64,000 bases of DNA, from NCBI GenBank assembly GCA_964016885.1, contig OZ024740.1, positions 428,978,001 to 429,042,000 on the forward strand, read 5' to 3'. This document shows positions 30,001 through 45,000 of the stretch, piece after piece (within the stretch, counting starts at the first letter, position 1; every line of letters starts with the position of its first letter). The notes below the pieces were generated by a model, which saw only the letters and a list, made by a program, of their open reading frames with translations, was not told where the DNA came from and did not search any database. The DNA is from Eledone cirrhosa (lineage: Eukaryota). The position numbers were made by a program, and so were the translations under genes.

Positions 30001-33000
30001 TTATTGTTGATATTGTGTTTTTACTATACACCTGAGCTCAGATAGTGAAGAGTGTTGTTGTTGATATTGTGTTTTTACTATACAACTGAGCTCAGATAGT
30101 GAAGAGTGTTGTTGTTGATATTGTGTTTTTACTATACAACTGAGCTCAGATAGTGAAGAGTGTTGTTGTTGATATTGTGTTTTTACTATACAACTCAGCT
30201 CAGATAGTGAAGAGTGTTGTTGTTGATATTGTGTTTTTACTATACAACTGAGCTCAGATAGTAAAAAGTGTTGTTGTTAATATCGTGTTTTTACTATACA
30301 ACTGAGCTCAGATAGTGAAGAGTGTTGTTGTTGATATTGTGTTTTTACTATACAACTGAGCTCAGATAGTGAAGAGTATTGTTGTTGATATTGTGTTTTT
30401 ACTATAAAACTGAGCTCAGATAGTGAAGAGTGTTGTGTTGATATTGTGTTTTTACTATACAACTGAGCTCAGATAGTGAAGAGTATTGTTGTTGATATTG
30501 TGTTTTTACTATAAAACTGAGCTCAGATAGTGAAGAGTGTTGTTGTTGATATTGTGATTTTACTATACAACTGAGCTCAGATAGTGAAGAGTGTTGTTCT
30601 TGATATTGTGTTTTTACTATACAACTGAGCTCAGATAGTGAAGAGTGTTGTTGTTGATATTGTGTTTTTACTATGCAACTGAGCTCAGATAGTGAAGAGT
30701 GTTGTTGTTGATATTGTGTTTTTACTATACAACTGAGCTCAGATAATGAAGAGTGTTGTTGTTGATATTGTGTTTTTACTATACAACTCAGCTCAGGTAG
30801 TGAAGAGTGTTGTTGTTGATATTGTGTTTTTACTATTCAACTCAGCTCAGATAGTGAAGAGTGTTGTTGTTGATATTGTGTTTTTACTATACAACTGAGC
30901 TCAGATATTAAAGAGTGTTATTGTTGATATTGTGTTTTTACTATAAAACTGAGCTCAGATAGTAAAGAGTGTTGTTGTTGATATTGTGTTTTTATTATAC
31001 TTCTGAGCTCAGATAGTGAAGAGTGTTGTTGTTGATATTGTGTATTTACTATACAACTCAGCTCAGATATTAAAGAGTGTTGTTGTTGATATTGTGTTTT
31101 TACTATTCAACTCGGCTCAGATAGTGAAGAGTGTTGTTGTTGATATTGTGTTTTTACTATACAACTGAGCTCAGATAGTGAAGAGTTTTGTTGTTGATAT
31201 TGTGTTTTTACTATACAACTCAGCTCAGATATTGAAGAGTGTTGTTGTTGATATTGTGTTTTTACTATACAACTGAGCTCAGATAGTAATGAGTGTTGTT
31301 GTTAATATCGTGTTTTTACTATACAACTGAGCTCAGATAGTGAAGAGTGTTGTTGTTGATATTGTGTTTTTACTATACAACTGAGCTCAGTTAGTGAAGA
31401 GTGTTGTTTTTGATATTGTGTTTTTACTATACAACTCAGCTCAGATAGTGAAGAGTGTTGTTGTTTATATTGTGTTTTTACTATACAACTGAGCTCAGAT
31501 AGTAAAGTGTGTTGTTGTTAATATCGTGTTTTTACTATACAACTGAGCTCAGATAGTGAAGAGTGTTGTTGTTGAAATTGTGTTTTTACTATACATCTGA
31601 GCTCAGATAGTGAAGAGTGTTGTTGTTCATATTGTGTGTTTACTATACAACTGAGCTCAGATATTAAAGAGTGTTGTTGTTGATATTGTGTGTTTACTAT
31701 ACAACTGAGCTCAGATATTAAAGAGTGTTGTTGTCGATATTGTGTGTTTACTATACAACTGAGCTCAGATATTAAAGAGTGTTGTTGTTGATATTGTGTT
31801 TTTACTATAAAACTGAGCTCAGATAGTGAAGAGTGTTTTTGTTGATATTGTGTGTTTACTATACAACTGAGCTCAGATATTAAAGAGTGTTGTTGTTGAT
31901 ATTGTGTGTTTACTATACAACTGAGCTCAGATATTAAAGAGTGTTGTTGTTGATATTGTGTGTTTACTATACAACTGAGCTCAGATATTAAAGAGTGTTG
32001 TTGTTGATATTGTGTTTTTACTATAAAACTGAGCTCAGATAGTGAAGAGTGTTGTTGTTGATATTGTGTGTTTACTATACAACTGAGCTCAGATAGTGAA
32101 GAGTGGTGTTGTTGTTATTGTGTTTTTACTATTCAACTCAGCTCAGATAGTGAAGAGTGTTGTTGTTGATATTGTGTTTTTACTATGCAACTGAGCTCAG
32201 TTAGTGAAGAGTGTTGTTGTTGATATTGTGTTTTTACTATACAACCGAGCTCAGATAGTGAAGAGTGTTATTGTTGATATTGTGTTTTTACTATACAACT
32301 GAGCTCAGATAGTGAAGAGTGTTGTTGTTGATATTGTGTTTTTACTATACAACTGAGCTCAGATAGTGAAGAGTGTTGTTGTTGATATTGTGTTTTTACT
32401 ATACAACTCAGCTCAGATAGTGAAGAGTGTTGTTGTTGATATTGTGTTTTTACTATACAACTGAGCTCAGATAGTAAAAAGTGTTGTTGTTAATATCGTG
32501 TTTTTACTATACAACTGAGCTCAGATAGTGAAGAGTGTTGTTGTTGATATTGTGTTTTTACTATACAACTGAGCTCAGATAGTGAAGAGTATTGTTGTTG
32601 ATATTGTGTTTTTACTATAAAACTGAGCTCAGATAGTGAAGAGTGTTGTTGTTGATATTGTGTTTTTACTATACAACTGAGCTCAGATAGTGAAGAGTAT
32701 TGTTGTTGATATTGTGTTTTTACTATAAAACTGAGCTCAGATAGTGAAGAGTGTTGTTGTTGATATTGTGATTTTACTATACAACTGAGCTCAGATAGTG
32801 AAGAGTGTTGTTGTTGATATTGTGTTTTTACTATACAACTGAGCTCAGATAGTGAAGAGTGTTGTTGTTGATATTGTGTTTTTACTATGCAACTGAGCTC
32901 AGATAGTGAAGAGTGTTGTTGTTGATATTGTGTTTTTACTATACAACTGAGCTCAGATAATGAAGAGTGTTGTTGTTGATATTGTGATTTTACTATACAA

Positions 33001-36000
33001 CTGAGCTCAGATAGTGAAGAGTGTTGTTGTTGATATTGTGTTTTTACTATACAACTGAGCTCAGATAGTGAAGAGTGTTGTTGTTGATATTGTGTGTTTA
33101 CTATACAACTGAGCTCAGATAGTGAAGAGTGGTGTTGTTGTTATTGTGTTTTTACTATTCAACTCAGCTCAGATAGTGAAGAGTGTTGTTGTTGATATTG
33201 TGTTTTTACTATGCAACTGAGCTCAGTTAGTGAAGAGTGTTGTTGTTGATATTGTGTTTTTACTATACAACCGAGCTCAGATAGTGAATAGTGTTATTGT
33301 TGATATTGTGTTTTTACTATACAACTGAGCTCAGATAGTGAAGAGTGTTGTTGTTGATATTGTGTTTTTACTATACAACTGAGCTCAGATAGTGAAGAGT
33401 GTTGTTGTTGATATTGTGTTTTTACTATACAACTGAGCTCAGATAGTAAAAAGTGTTGTTGTTAATATCGTGTTTTTACTATACAACTGAGCTCAGATAG
33501 TGAAGAGTGTTGTTGTTGATATTGTGTTTTTACTATACAACTGAGCTCAGATAGTGAAGAGTATTGTTGTTGATATTGTGTTTTTACTATAAAACTGAGC
33601 TCAGATAGTGAAGAGTGTTGTTGTTGATATTGTGTTTTTACTATACAACTGAGCTCAGATAGTGAAGAGTATTGTTGTTGATATTGTGTTTTTACTATAA
33701 AACTGAGCTCAGATAGTGAAGAGTGTTGTTGTTGATATTGTGATTTTACTATACAACTGAGCTCAGATAGTGAAGAGTGTTGTTGTTGATATTGTGTTTT
33801 TACTATACAACTGAGCTCAGATAGTGAAGAGTGTTGTTGTTGATATTGTGTTTTTACTATGCAACTGAGCTCAGATAGTGAAGAGTGTTGTTGTTGATAT
33901 TGTGTTTTTACTATACAACTGAGCTCAGATAATGAAGAGTGTTGTTGTTGATATTGTGTTTTTACTATACAACTCAGCTCAGATAGTGAAGAGTGTTGTT
34001 GTTGATATTGTGTTTTTACTATACAACTCAGCTCAGATAGTGAAGAGTGTTGTTGTTGATATTGTGTTTTTACTATACAACTGAGCTCAGATAGTAAAAA
34101 GTGTTGTTGTTAATATCGTGTTTTTACTATACAACTCAGCTCAGATAGTGAAGAGTGTTGTTGTTGATATTGTGTTTTTACTATAAAACTGAGCTCAGTT
34201 AGTGAAGAGTGTTGTTGTTGATATTGTGTTTTTACTATACAACTGAGCTCAGATAGTGAAGAGTGTTGTTGTTGATATTGTGTTTTTACTATACAACTCA
34301 GCTCAGACAGTGAAGAGTGTTGTTGTTGATATTGTGTTTTTACTATACAACTCAGCTCAGATAGTGAAGAGTGTTGTTGTTGATATTGTGTTTTTACTAT
34401 ACAACTCAGCTCAGATAGTGAAGAGTGTTGTTGTTGATATTGTGTTTTTACTATACAACTGAGCTCAGATAGTGAAGAGTGTTGTTGTTGATATTGTGTT
34501 TTTACGATACAACTGAGCTCAGTTAGTGAAGAGTGTTGTTGTTGATATTGTGTTTTTACTATACAACTGAGCTCAGATAGTGAAGAGTGTTATTGTTGAT
34601 ATTGTGTTTTTACTATACAACTGAGCTCAGATAGTGAAGAGTGTTGTTGTTGATATTGTGTTTTTACTATACAACTGAGCTCAGATAGTGAAGAGTGTTT
34701 TTGTTGATATTGTGTGTTTACTATACAACTGAGCTCAGATATTAAAGAGTGTTGTTGTTGATATTGTGTGTTTACTATACAACTGAGCTCAGATATTAAA
34801 GAGTGTTGTTGTTGATATTGTGTGTTTACTATACAACTGAGCTCAGATATTAAAGAGTGTTTTTGTTGATATTGTGTTTTTACTATACAACTGAGCTCAG
34901 ATAGTGAAGAGTGTTATTGTTGATATTGTGTTTTTACTATACAACTGAGCTCAGATAGTGAAGAGTGTTGTTGTTGATATTGTGTTTTTACTATACAACT
35001 GAGCTCAGATAGTGAAGAGTGTTTTTGTTGATATTGTGTGTTTACTATACAACTGAGCTCAGATATTAAAGAGTGTTGTTGTTGATATTGTGTGTTTACT
35101 ATACAACTGAGCTCAGATATTAAAGAGTGTTGTTGTTGATATTGTGTGTTTACTATACAACTGAGCTCAGATATTAAAGAGTGTTGTTGTTGATATTGTG
35201 TTTTTACTATAAAACTGAGCTCAGATAGTGAAGAGTGTTGTTGTTGATATTGTGTTTTTACTATAAAACTGAGCTCAGATAGTGAAGAGTGTTGTTGTTG
35301 ATATTGTGTGTTTACTATACAACTGAGCTCAGATAGTGAAGAGTGGTGTTGTTGTTATTGTGTTTTTACTATTCAACTCAGCTCAGATAGTGAAGAGTGT
35401 TGTTGTTGATATTGTGTTTTTACTATGCAACTGAGCTCAGTTAGTGAAGAGTGTTGTTGTTGATATTGTGTTTTTACTATACAACCGAGCTCAGATAGTG
35501 AAGAGTGTTATTGTTGATATTGTGTTTTTACTATACAACTGAGCTCAGATAGTGAAGAGTGTTGTTGTTGATATTGTGTTTTTACTATACAACTGAGCTC
35601 AGATAGTGAAGAGTGTTGTTGTTGATATTGTGTTTTTACTATACAACTGAGCTCAGATAGTGAAGAGTGTTGTTGTTGATATTGTGTTTTTACTATACAA
35701 CTCAGCTCAGATAGTGAAGAGTGTTGTTGTTGATATTGTGTTTTTACTATACAACTGAGCTCAGATAGTAAAAAGTGTTGTTGTTAATATCGTGTTTTTA
35801 CTATACAACTGAGCTCAGATAGTGAAGAGTGTTGTTGTTGATATTGTGTTTTTACTATACAACTGAGCTCAGATAGTGAAGAGTATTGTTGTTGATATTG
35901 TGTTTTTACTATAAAACTGAGCTCAGATAGTGAAGAGTGTTGTTGTTGATATTGTGTTTTTACTATACAACTGAGCTCAGATAGTGAAGAGTATTGTTGT

Positions 36001-39000
36001 TGATATTGTGTTTTTACTATAAAACTGAGCTCAGATAGTGAAGAGTGTTGTTGTTGATATTGTGATTTTACTATACAACTGAGCTCAGATAGTGAAGAGT
36101 GTTGTTGTTGATATTGTGTTTTTACTATACAACTGAGCTCAGATAGTGAAGAGTGTTGTTGTTGATATTGTGTTTTTACTATGCAACTGAGCTCAGATAG
36201 TGAAGAGTGTTGTTGTTGATATTGTGTTTTTACTATACAACTGAGCTCAGATAATGAAGAGTGTTGTTGTTGATATTGTGATTTTACTATACAACTGAGC
36301 TCAGATAGTGAAGAGTGTTGTTGTTGATATTGTGTTTTTACTATACAACTGAGCTCAGATAGTGAAGAGTGTTGTTGTTGATATTGTGTGTTTACTATAC
36401 AACTGAGCTCAGATAGTGAAGAGTGGTGTTGTTGTTATTGTGTTTTTACTATTCAACTCAGCTCAGATAGTGAAGAGTGTTGTTGTTGATATTGTGTTTT
36501 TACTATGCAACTGAGCTCAGTTAGTGAAGAGTGTTGTTGTTGATATTGTGTTTTTACTATACAACCGAGCTCAGATAGTGAAGAGTGTTATTGTTGATAT
36601 TGTGTTTTTACTATACAACTGAGCTCAGATAGTGAAGAGTGTTGTTGTTGATATTGTGTTTTTACTATACAACTGAGCTCAGATAGTGAAGAGTGTTGTT
36701 GTTGATATTGTGTTTTTACTATACAACTGAGCTCAGATAGTAAAAAGTGTTGTTGTTAATATCGTGTTTTTACTATACAACTGAGCTCAGATAGTGAAGA
36801 GTGTTGTTGTTGATATTGTGTTTTTACTATACAACTGAGCTCAGATAGTGAAGAGTATTGTTGTTGATATTGTGTTTTTACTATAAAACTGAGCTCAGAT
36901 AGTGAAGAGTGTTGTTGTTGATATTGTGATTTTACTATACAACTGAGCTCAGATAGTGAAGAGTGTTGTTGTTGATATTGTGTTTTTACTATACAACTGA
37001 GCTCAGATAGTGAAGAGTGTTGTTGTTGATATTGTGTTTTTACTATGCAACTGAGCTCAGATAGTGAAGAGTGTTGTTGTTGATATTGTGTTTTTACTAT
37101 ACAACTGAGCTCAGATAATGAAGAGTGTTGTTGTTGATATTGTGTTTTTACTATACAACTCAGCTCAGATAGTGAAGAGTGTTGTTGTTGATATTGTGTT
37201 TTTACTATACAACTCAGCTCAGATAGTGAAGAGTGTTGTTGTTGATATTGTGTTTTTACTATACAACTGAGCTCAGATAGTAAAAAGTGTTGTTGTTAAT
37301 ATCGTGTTTTTACTATACAACTCAGCTCAGATAGTGAAGAGTGTTGTTGTTGATATTGTGTTTTTACTATAAAACTGAGCTCAGTTAGTGAAGAGTGTTG
37401 TTGTTGATATTGTGTTTTTACTATACAACTGAGCTCAGATAGTGAAGAGTGTTGTTGTTGATATTGTGTTTTTACTATACAACTCAGCTCAGACAGTGAA
37501 GAGTGTTGTTGTTGATATTGTGTTTTTACTATACAACTCAGCTCAGATAGTGAAGAGTGTTGTTGTTGATATTGTGTTTTTACTATACAACTCAGCTCAG
37601 ATAGTGAAGAGTGTTGTTGTTGATATTGTGTTTTTACTATACAACTGAGCTCAGATAGTGAAGAGTGTTGTTGTTGATATTGTGTTTTTACGATACAACT
37701 GAGCTCAGTTAGTGAAGAGTGTTGTTGTTGATATTGTGTTTTTACTATACAACTGAGCTCAGATAGTGAAGAGTGTTATTGTTGATATTGTGTTTTTACT
37801 ATACAACTGAGCTCAGATAGTGAAGAGTGTTGTTGTTGATATTGTGTTTTTACTATACAACTGAGCTCAGATAGTGAAGAGTGTTTTTGTTGATATTGTG
37901 TGTTTACTATACAACTGAGCTCAGATATTAAAGAGTGTTGTTGTTGATATTGTGTGTTTACTATACAACTGAGCTCAGATATTAAAGTGTTGTTGTTGAT
38001 ATTGTGTGTTTACTATACAACTGAGCTCAGATATTAAAGAGTGTTGTTGTTGATATTGTGTTTTTACTATACAACTGAGCTCAGATAGTGAAGAGTGTTA
38101 TTGTTGATATTGTGTTTTTACTATACAACTGAGCTCAGATAGTGAAGAGTGTTGTTGTTGATATTGTGTTTTTACTATACAACTGAGCTCAGATAGTGAA
38201 GAGTGTTTTTGTTGATATTGTGTGTTTACTATACAACTGAGCTCAGATATTAAAGAGTGTTGTTGTTGATATTGTGTGTTTACTATACAACTGAGCTCAG
38301 ATATTAAAGAGTGTTGTTGTTGATATTGTGTGTTTACTATACAACTGAGCTCAGATATTAAAGAGTGTTGTTGTTGATATTGTGTTTTTACTATAAAACT
38401 GAGCTCAGATAGTGAAGAGTGTTGTTGTTGATATTGTGTTTTTACTATTCAACTGAGCTCAGATAGTGAAGAGTGTTGTTGTTGATATTGTGTTTTTACT
38501 ATACAACTCAGCTCAGGTAGTGAAGAGTGTTGTTGTTAATATTGTGTTTTTACTATACAACTGAGCTCAGATAGTGAAGAGTGTTGTTGTTGATATTGTG
38601 TTTTTACTATACAACTCAGCTCAGATAGTGAAGAGTGTTGTTGTTGATATTGTGTTTTTACTATTCAACTCAGCTCAGGTAGTGAAGAGTGTTGTTGTTG
38701 ATATTGTGTTTTTACTATTCAACTCAGCTCAGGTAGTGAAGAGTGTTGTTGTTGATATTGTGTTTTTACTATTCAACTCAGCTCAGATAGTGAAGAGTGT
38801 TGTTGTTGATATTGTGTTTTTACTATACAACTGAGCTCAGATATTAAAGAGTGTTATTGTTGATATTGTGTTTTTACTATAAAACTGAGCTCAGATAGAA
38901 AAGAGTGTTGTTGTTGATATTGTGTTTTTATTATACATCTGAGCTCAGATAGTGAAGAGTGTTGTTGTTGATATTGTGTATTTACTATACAACTCAGCTC

Positions 39001-42000
39001 AGATATTAAAGAGTGTTGTTGTTGATATTGTGTTTTTACTATTCAACTCGGCTCAGATAGTGAAGAGTGTTGTTGTTGATATTGTGTTTTTACTATACAA
39101 CTGAGCTCAGATAGTGAAGAGTTTTGTTGTTGATGTTGTGTTTTTACTATACAACTCAGCTCAGATATTGAAGAGTGTTGTTGTTGATATTGTGTTTTTA
39201 CTATACAACTGAGCTCAGATAGTAATGAGTGTTGTTGTTAATATCGTGTTTTTACTATACAACTGAGCTCAGATAGTGAAGAGTGTTGTTGTTGATATTG
39301 TGTTTTTACTATACAACTGAGCTCAGTTAGTGAAGAGTGTTGTTTTTGATATTGTGTTTTTACTATACAACTCAGCTCAGATAGTGAAGAGTGTTGTTGT
39401 TTATATTGTGTTTTTACTATGCAACTGAGCTCAGATAGTAAAGTGTGTTGTTGTTAATATCGTGTTTTTACTATACAACTGAGCTCAGATAGTGAAGAGT
39501 GTTGTTGTTGAAATTGTGTTTTTACTATACATCTGAGCTCAGATAGTGAAGAGTGTTGTTGTTGATATTGTGTGTTTACTATACAACTGAGCTCAGATAT
39601 TAAAGAGTGTTGTTGTTGATATTGTGTGTTTACTATACAACTGAGCTCAGATATTAAAGAGTGTTGTTGTCGATATTGTGTGTTTACTATACAACTGAGC
39701 TCAGATATTAAAGAGTGTTGTTGTTGATATTGTGTTTTTACTATAAAACTGAGCTCAGATAGTGAAGAGTGTTTTTGTTGATATTGTGTGTTTACTATAC
39801 AACTGAGCTCAGATATTAAAGAGTGTTGTTGTTGATATTGTGTGTTTACTATACAACTGAGCTCAGATATTAAAGAGTGTTGTTGTTGATATTGTGTGTT
39901 TACTATACAACTGAGCTCAGATATTAAAGAGTGTTGTTGTTGATATTGTGTTTTTACTATAAAACTGAGCTCAGATAGTGAAGAGTGTTGTTGTTGATAT
40001 TGTGTGTTTACTATACAACCGAGCTCAGATAGTGAAGAGTGTTGTTGTTGTTATTGTGTTTTTACTATTCAACTCAGCTCAGATAGTGAAGAGTGTTGTT
40101 GTTGATATTGTGTTTTTACTATGCAACTGAGCTCAGTTAGTGAAGAGTGTTGTTGTTGATATTGTGTTTTTACTATACAACCGAGCTCAGATAGTGAAGA
40201 GTGTTATTGTTGATATTGTGTTTTTACTATACAACTGAGCTCAGATAGTGAAGAGTGTTGTTGTTGATATTGTGTTTTTACTATACAACTGAGCTCAGAT
40301 AGTGAAGAATGTTGTTGTTGATATTGTGTTTTTACTATACAACTGAGCTCAGATAGTGAAGAGTGTTGTTGTTGATATTGTGTTTTTACTATACAACTGA
40401 GCTCAGATATTAAAGAGTGTTATTGTTGATATTGTGTTTTTACTATAAAACTGAGCACAGATAGTAAAGAGTGTTGTTGTTGATATTGTGTTTTTATTAT
40501 ACATCTGAGCTCAGATAGTGAAGAGTGTTGTTGTTGATATTGTGTTTTTACTATACATCTGATCTCAGATAGTGAAGAGTGTTGTTGTTGATATTGTGTA
40601 TTTACTATACAACTCAGCTCAGATATTAAAGAGTGTTGTTGTTGATATTGTGTTTTTACTATTCAACTCGGCTCAGATAGTGAAGAGTGTTGTTGTTGAT
40701 ATTGTATTTTTACTATACATCTGAGCTCAGATAGTGAAGAGTGTTGTTGTTGATATTGTGATTTTACTATACATCTGAGCTCAGATAGTGAAGAGTGTTG
40801 TTGTTGATATTGTGTTTTTACTATTCAACTCAGCTGAGATAGTGAAGAGTGTTGTTGTTGATATTGTGTTTTTACTATAAAACTGAGCTCAGATAGTGAA
40901 GAGTGTTGTTGTTGATATTGTGTGTTTACTATACAACTGAGCTCAGATAGTGAAGAGTGGTGTTGTTGTTATTGTGTTTTTACTATTCAACTCAGCTCAG
41001 ATAGTGAAGAGTGTTGTTGTTGATATTGTGTTTTTACTATGCAACTGAGCTCAGTTAGTGAAGAGTGTTGTTGTTGATATTGTGTTTTTACTATACAACT
41101 CAGCTCAGATAGTGAAGAGTGTTGTTGTTGATATTGTGTTTTTACTATACAACTGAGCTCAGATAGTAAAAAGTGTTGTTGTTAATATCGTGTTTTTACT
41201 ATACAACTGAGCTCAGATAGTGAAGAGTGTTGTTGTTGATATTGTGTTTTTACTATACAACTGAGCTCAGATAGTGAAGAGTGTTGTTGTTGATATTGTG
41301 TTTTTACTATACAACTGAGCTCAGATAGTGAAGAGTGTTGTTGTTGATATTGTGTTTTTACTATACAACTGAGCTCAGATAGTGAAGAGTGTTGTTGTTG
41401 ATATTGTGTTTTTACTATACAACTCAGCTCAGATAGTGAAGAGTGTTGTTGTTGATATTGTGTTTTTACTATACAACTGAGCTCAGATAGTAAAAAGTGT
41501 TGTTGTTAATATCGTGTTTTTACTATACAACTGAGCTCAGATAGTGAAGAGTGTTGTTGTTGATATTGTGTTTTTACTATACAACTGAGCTCAGATAGTG
41601 AAGAGTGTTGTTGTTGATATTGTGTTTTTACTATACAACTCAGCTCAGATAGTGAAGAGTGTTGTTGTTGATATTGTGTTTTTACTATACAACTGAGCTC
41701 AGATAGTAAAAAGTGTTGTTGTTAATATCGTGTTTTTACTATACAACTGAGCTCAGATAGTGAAGAGTGTTGTTGTTGATATTGTGTTTTTACTATACAA
41801 CTGAGCTCAGATAGTGAAGAGTATTGTTGTTGATATTGTGTTTTTACTATAAAACTGAGCTCAGATAGTGAAGAGTGTTGTTGTTGATATTGTGATTTTA
41901 CTATACAACTGAGCTCAGATAGTGAAGAGTGTTGTTGTTGATATTGTGTTTTTACTATACAACTGAGCTCAGATAGTGAAGAGTGTTGTTGTTGATATTG

Positions 42001-45000
42001 TGTTTTTACTATGCAACTGAGCTCAGATAGTGAAGAGTGTTGTTGTTGATATTGTGTTTTTACTATACAACTGAGCTCAGATAATGAAGAGTGTTGTTGT
42101 TGATATTGTGATTTTACTATACAACTGAGCTCAGATAGTGAAGAGTGTTGTTGTTGATATTGTGTTTTTACTATACAACTGAGCTCAGATAGTGAAGAGT
42201 GTTGTTGTTGATATTGTGTGTTTACTATACAACTGAGCTCAGATAGTGAAGAGTGGTGTTGTTGTTATTGTGTTTTTACTATTCAACTCAGCTCAGATAG
42301 TGAAGAGTGTTGTTGTTGATATTGTGTTTTTACTATGCAACTGAGCTCAGTTAGTGAAGAGTGTTGTTGTTGATATTGTGTTTTTACTATACAACCGAGC
42401 TCAGATAGTGAAGAGTGTTATTGTTGATATTGTGTTTTTACTATACAACTGAGCTCAGATAGTGAAGAGTGTTGTTGTTGATATTGTGTTTTTACTATAC
42501 AACTGAGCTCAGATAGTGAAGAGTGTTGTTGTTGATATTGTGTTTTTACTATACAACTGAGCTCAGATAGTAAAAAGTGTTGTTGTTAATATCGTGTTTT
42601 TACTATACAACTGAGCTCAGATAGTGAAGAGTGTTGTTGTTGATATTGTGTTTTTACTATACAACTGAGCTCAGATAGTGAAGAGTATTGTTGTTGATAT
42701 TGTGTTTTTACTATAAAACTGAGCTCAGATAGTGAAGAGTGTTGTTGTTGATATTGTGTTTTTACTATACAACTGAGCTCAGATAGTGAAGAGTATTGTT
42801 GTTGATATTGTGTTTTTACTATAAAACTGAGCTCAGATAGTGAAGAGTGTTGTTGTTGATATTGTGATTTTACTATACAACTGAGCTCAGATAGTGAAGA
42901 GTGTTGTTGTTGATATTGTGTTTTTACTATACAACTGAGCTCAGATAGTGAAGAGTGTTGTTGTTGATATTGTGTTTTTACTATGCAACTGAGCTCAGAT
43001 AGTGAAGAGTGTTGTTGTTGATATTGTGTTTTTACTATACAACTGAGCTCAGATAATGAAGAGTGTTGTTGTTGATATTGTGTTTTTACTATACAACTCA
43101 GCTCAGATAGTGAAGAGTGTTGTTGTTGATATTGTGTTTTTACTATACAACTCAGCTCAGATAGTGAAGAGTGTTGTTGTTGATATTGTGTTTTTACTAT
43201 ACAACTGAGCTCAGATAGTAAAAAGTGTTGTTGTTAATATCGTGTTTTTACTATACAACTCAGCTCAGATAGTGAAGAGTGTTGTTGTTGATATTGTGTT
43301 TTTACTATAAAACTGAGCTCAGTTAGTGAAGAGTGTTGTTGTTGATATTGTGTTTTTACTATACAACTGAGCTCAGATAGTGAAGAGTGTTGTTGTTGAT
43401 ATTGTGTTTTTACTATACAACTCAGCTCAGACAGTGAAGAGTGTTGTTGTTGATATTGTGTTTTTACTATACAACTCAGCTCAGATAGTGAAGAGTGTTG
43501 TTGTTGATATTGTGTTTTTACTATACAACTCAGCTCAGATAGTGAAGAGTGTTGTTGTTGATATTGTGTTTTTACTATACAACTGAGCTCAGATAGTGAA
43601 GAGTGTTGTTGTTGATATTGTGTTTTTACGATACAACTGAGCTCAGTTAGTGAAGAGTGTTGTTGTTGATATTGTGTTTTTACTATACAACTGAGCTCAG
43701 ATAGTGAAGAGTGTTATTGTTGATATTGTGTTTTTACTATACAACTGAGCTCAGATAGTGAAGAGTGTTGTTGTTGATATTGTGTTTTTACTATACAACT
43801 GAGCTCAGATAGTGAAGAGTGTTTTTGTTGATATTGTGTGTTTACTATACAACTGAGCTCAGATATTAAAGAGTGTTGTTGTTGATATTGTGTGTTTACT
43901 ATACAACTGAGCTCAGATATTAAAGAGTGTTGTTGTTGATATTGTGTGTTTACTATACAACTGAGCTCAGATATTAAAGAGTGTTGTTGTTGATATTGTG
44001 TTTTTACTATACAACTGAGCTCAGATAGTGAAGAGTGTTATTGTTGATATTGTGTTTTTACTATACAACTGAGCTCAGATAGTGAAGAGTGTTGTTGTTG
44101 ATATTGTGTTTTTACTATACAACTGAGCTCAGATAGTGAAGAGTGTTTTTGTTGATATTGTGTGTTTACTATACAACTGAGCTCAGATATTAAAGAGTGT
44201 TGTTGTTGATATTGTGTGTTTACTATACAACTGAGCTCAGATATTAAAGAGTGTTGTTGTTGATATTGTGTGTTTACTATACAACTGAGCTCAGATATTA
44301 AAGAGTGTTGTTGTTGATATTGTGTTTTTACTATAAAACTGAGCTCAGATAGTGAAGAGTGTTGTTGTTGATATTGTGTTTTTACTATTCAACTGAGCTC
44401 AGATAGTGAAGAGTGTTGTTGTTGATATTGTGTTTTTACTATACAACTCAGCTCAGGTAGTGAAGAGTGTTGTTGTTAATATTGTGTTTTTACTATACAA
44501 CTGAGCTCAGATAGTGAAGAGTGTTGTTGTTGATATTGTGTTTTTACTATACAACTCAGCTCAGATAGTGAAGAGTGTTGTTGTTGATATTGTGTTTTTA
44601 CTATTCAACTCAGCTCAGGTAGTGAAGAGTGTTGTTGTTGATATTGTGTTTTTACTATTCAACTCAGCTCAGGTAGTGAAGAGTGTTGTTGTTGATATTG
44701 TGTTTTTACTATTCAACTCAGCTCAGATAGTGAAGAGTGTTGTTGTTGATATTGTGTTTTTACTATACAACTGAGCTCAGATATTAAAGAGTGTTATTGT
44801 TGATATTGTGTTTTTACTATAAAACTGAGCTCAGATAGAAAAGAGTGTTGTTGTTGATATTGTGTTTTTATTATACATCTGAGCTCAGATAGTGAAGAGT
44901 GTTGTTGTTGATATTGTGTTTTTACTATACAACTGAGCTCAGATAGTGAAGAGTATTGTTGTTGATATTGTGTTTTTACTATAAAACTGAGCTCAGATAG

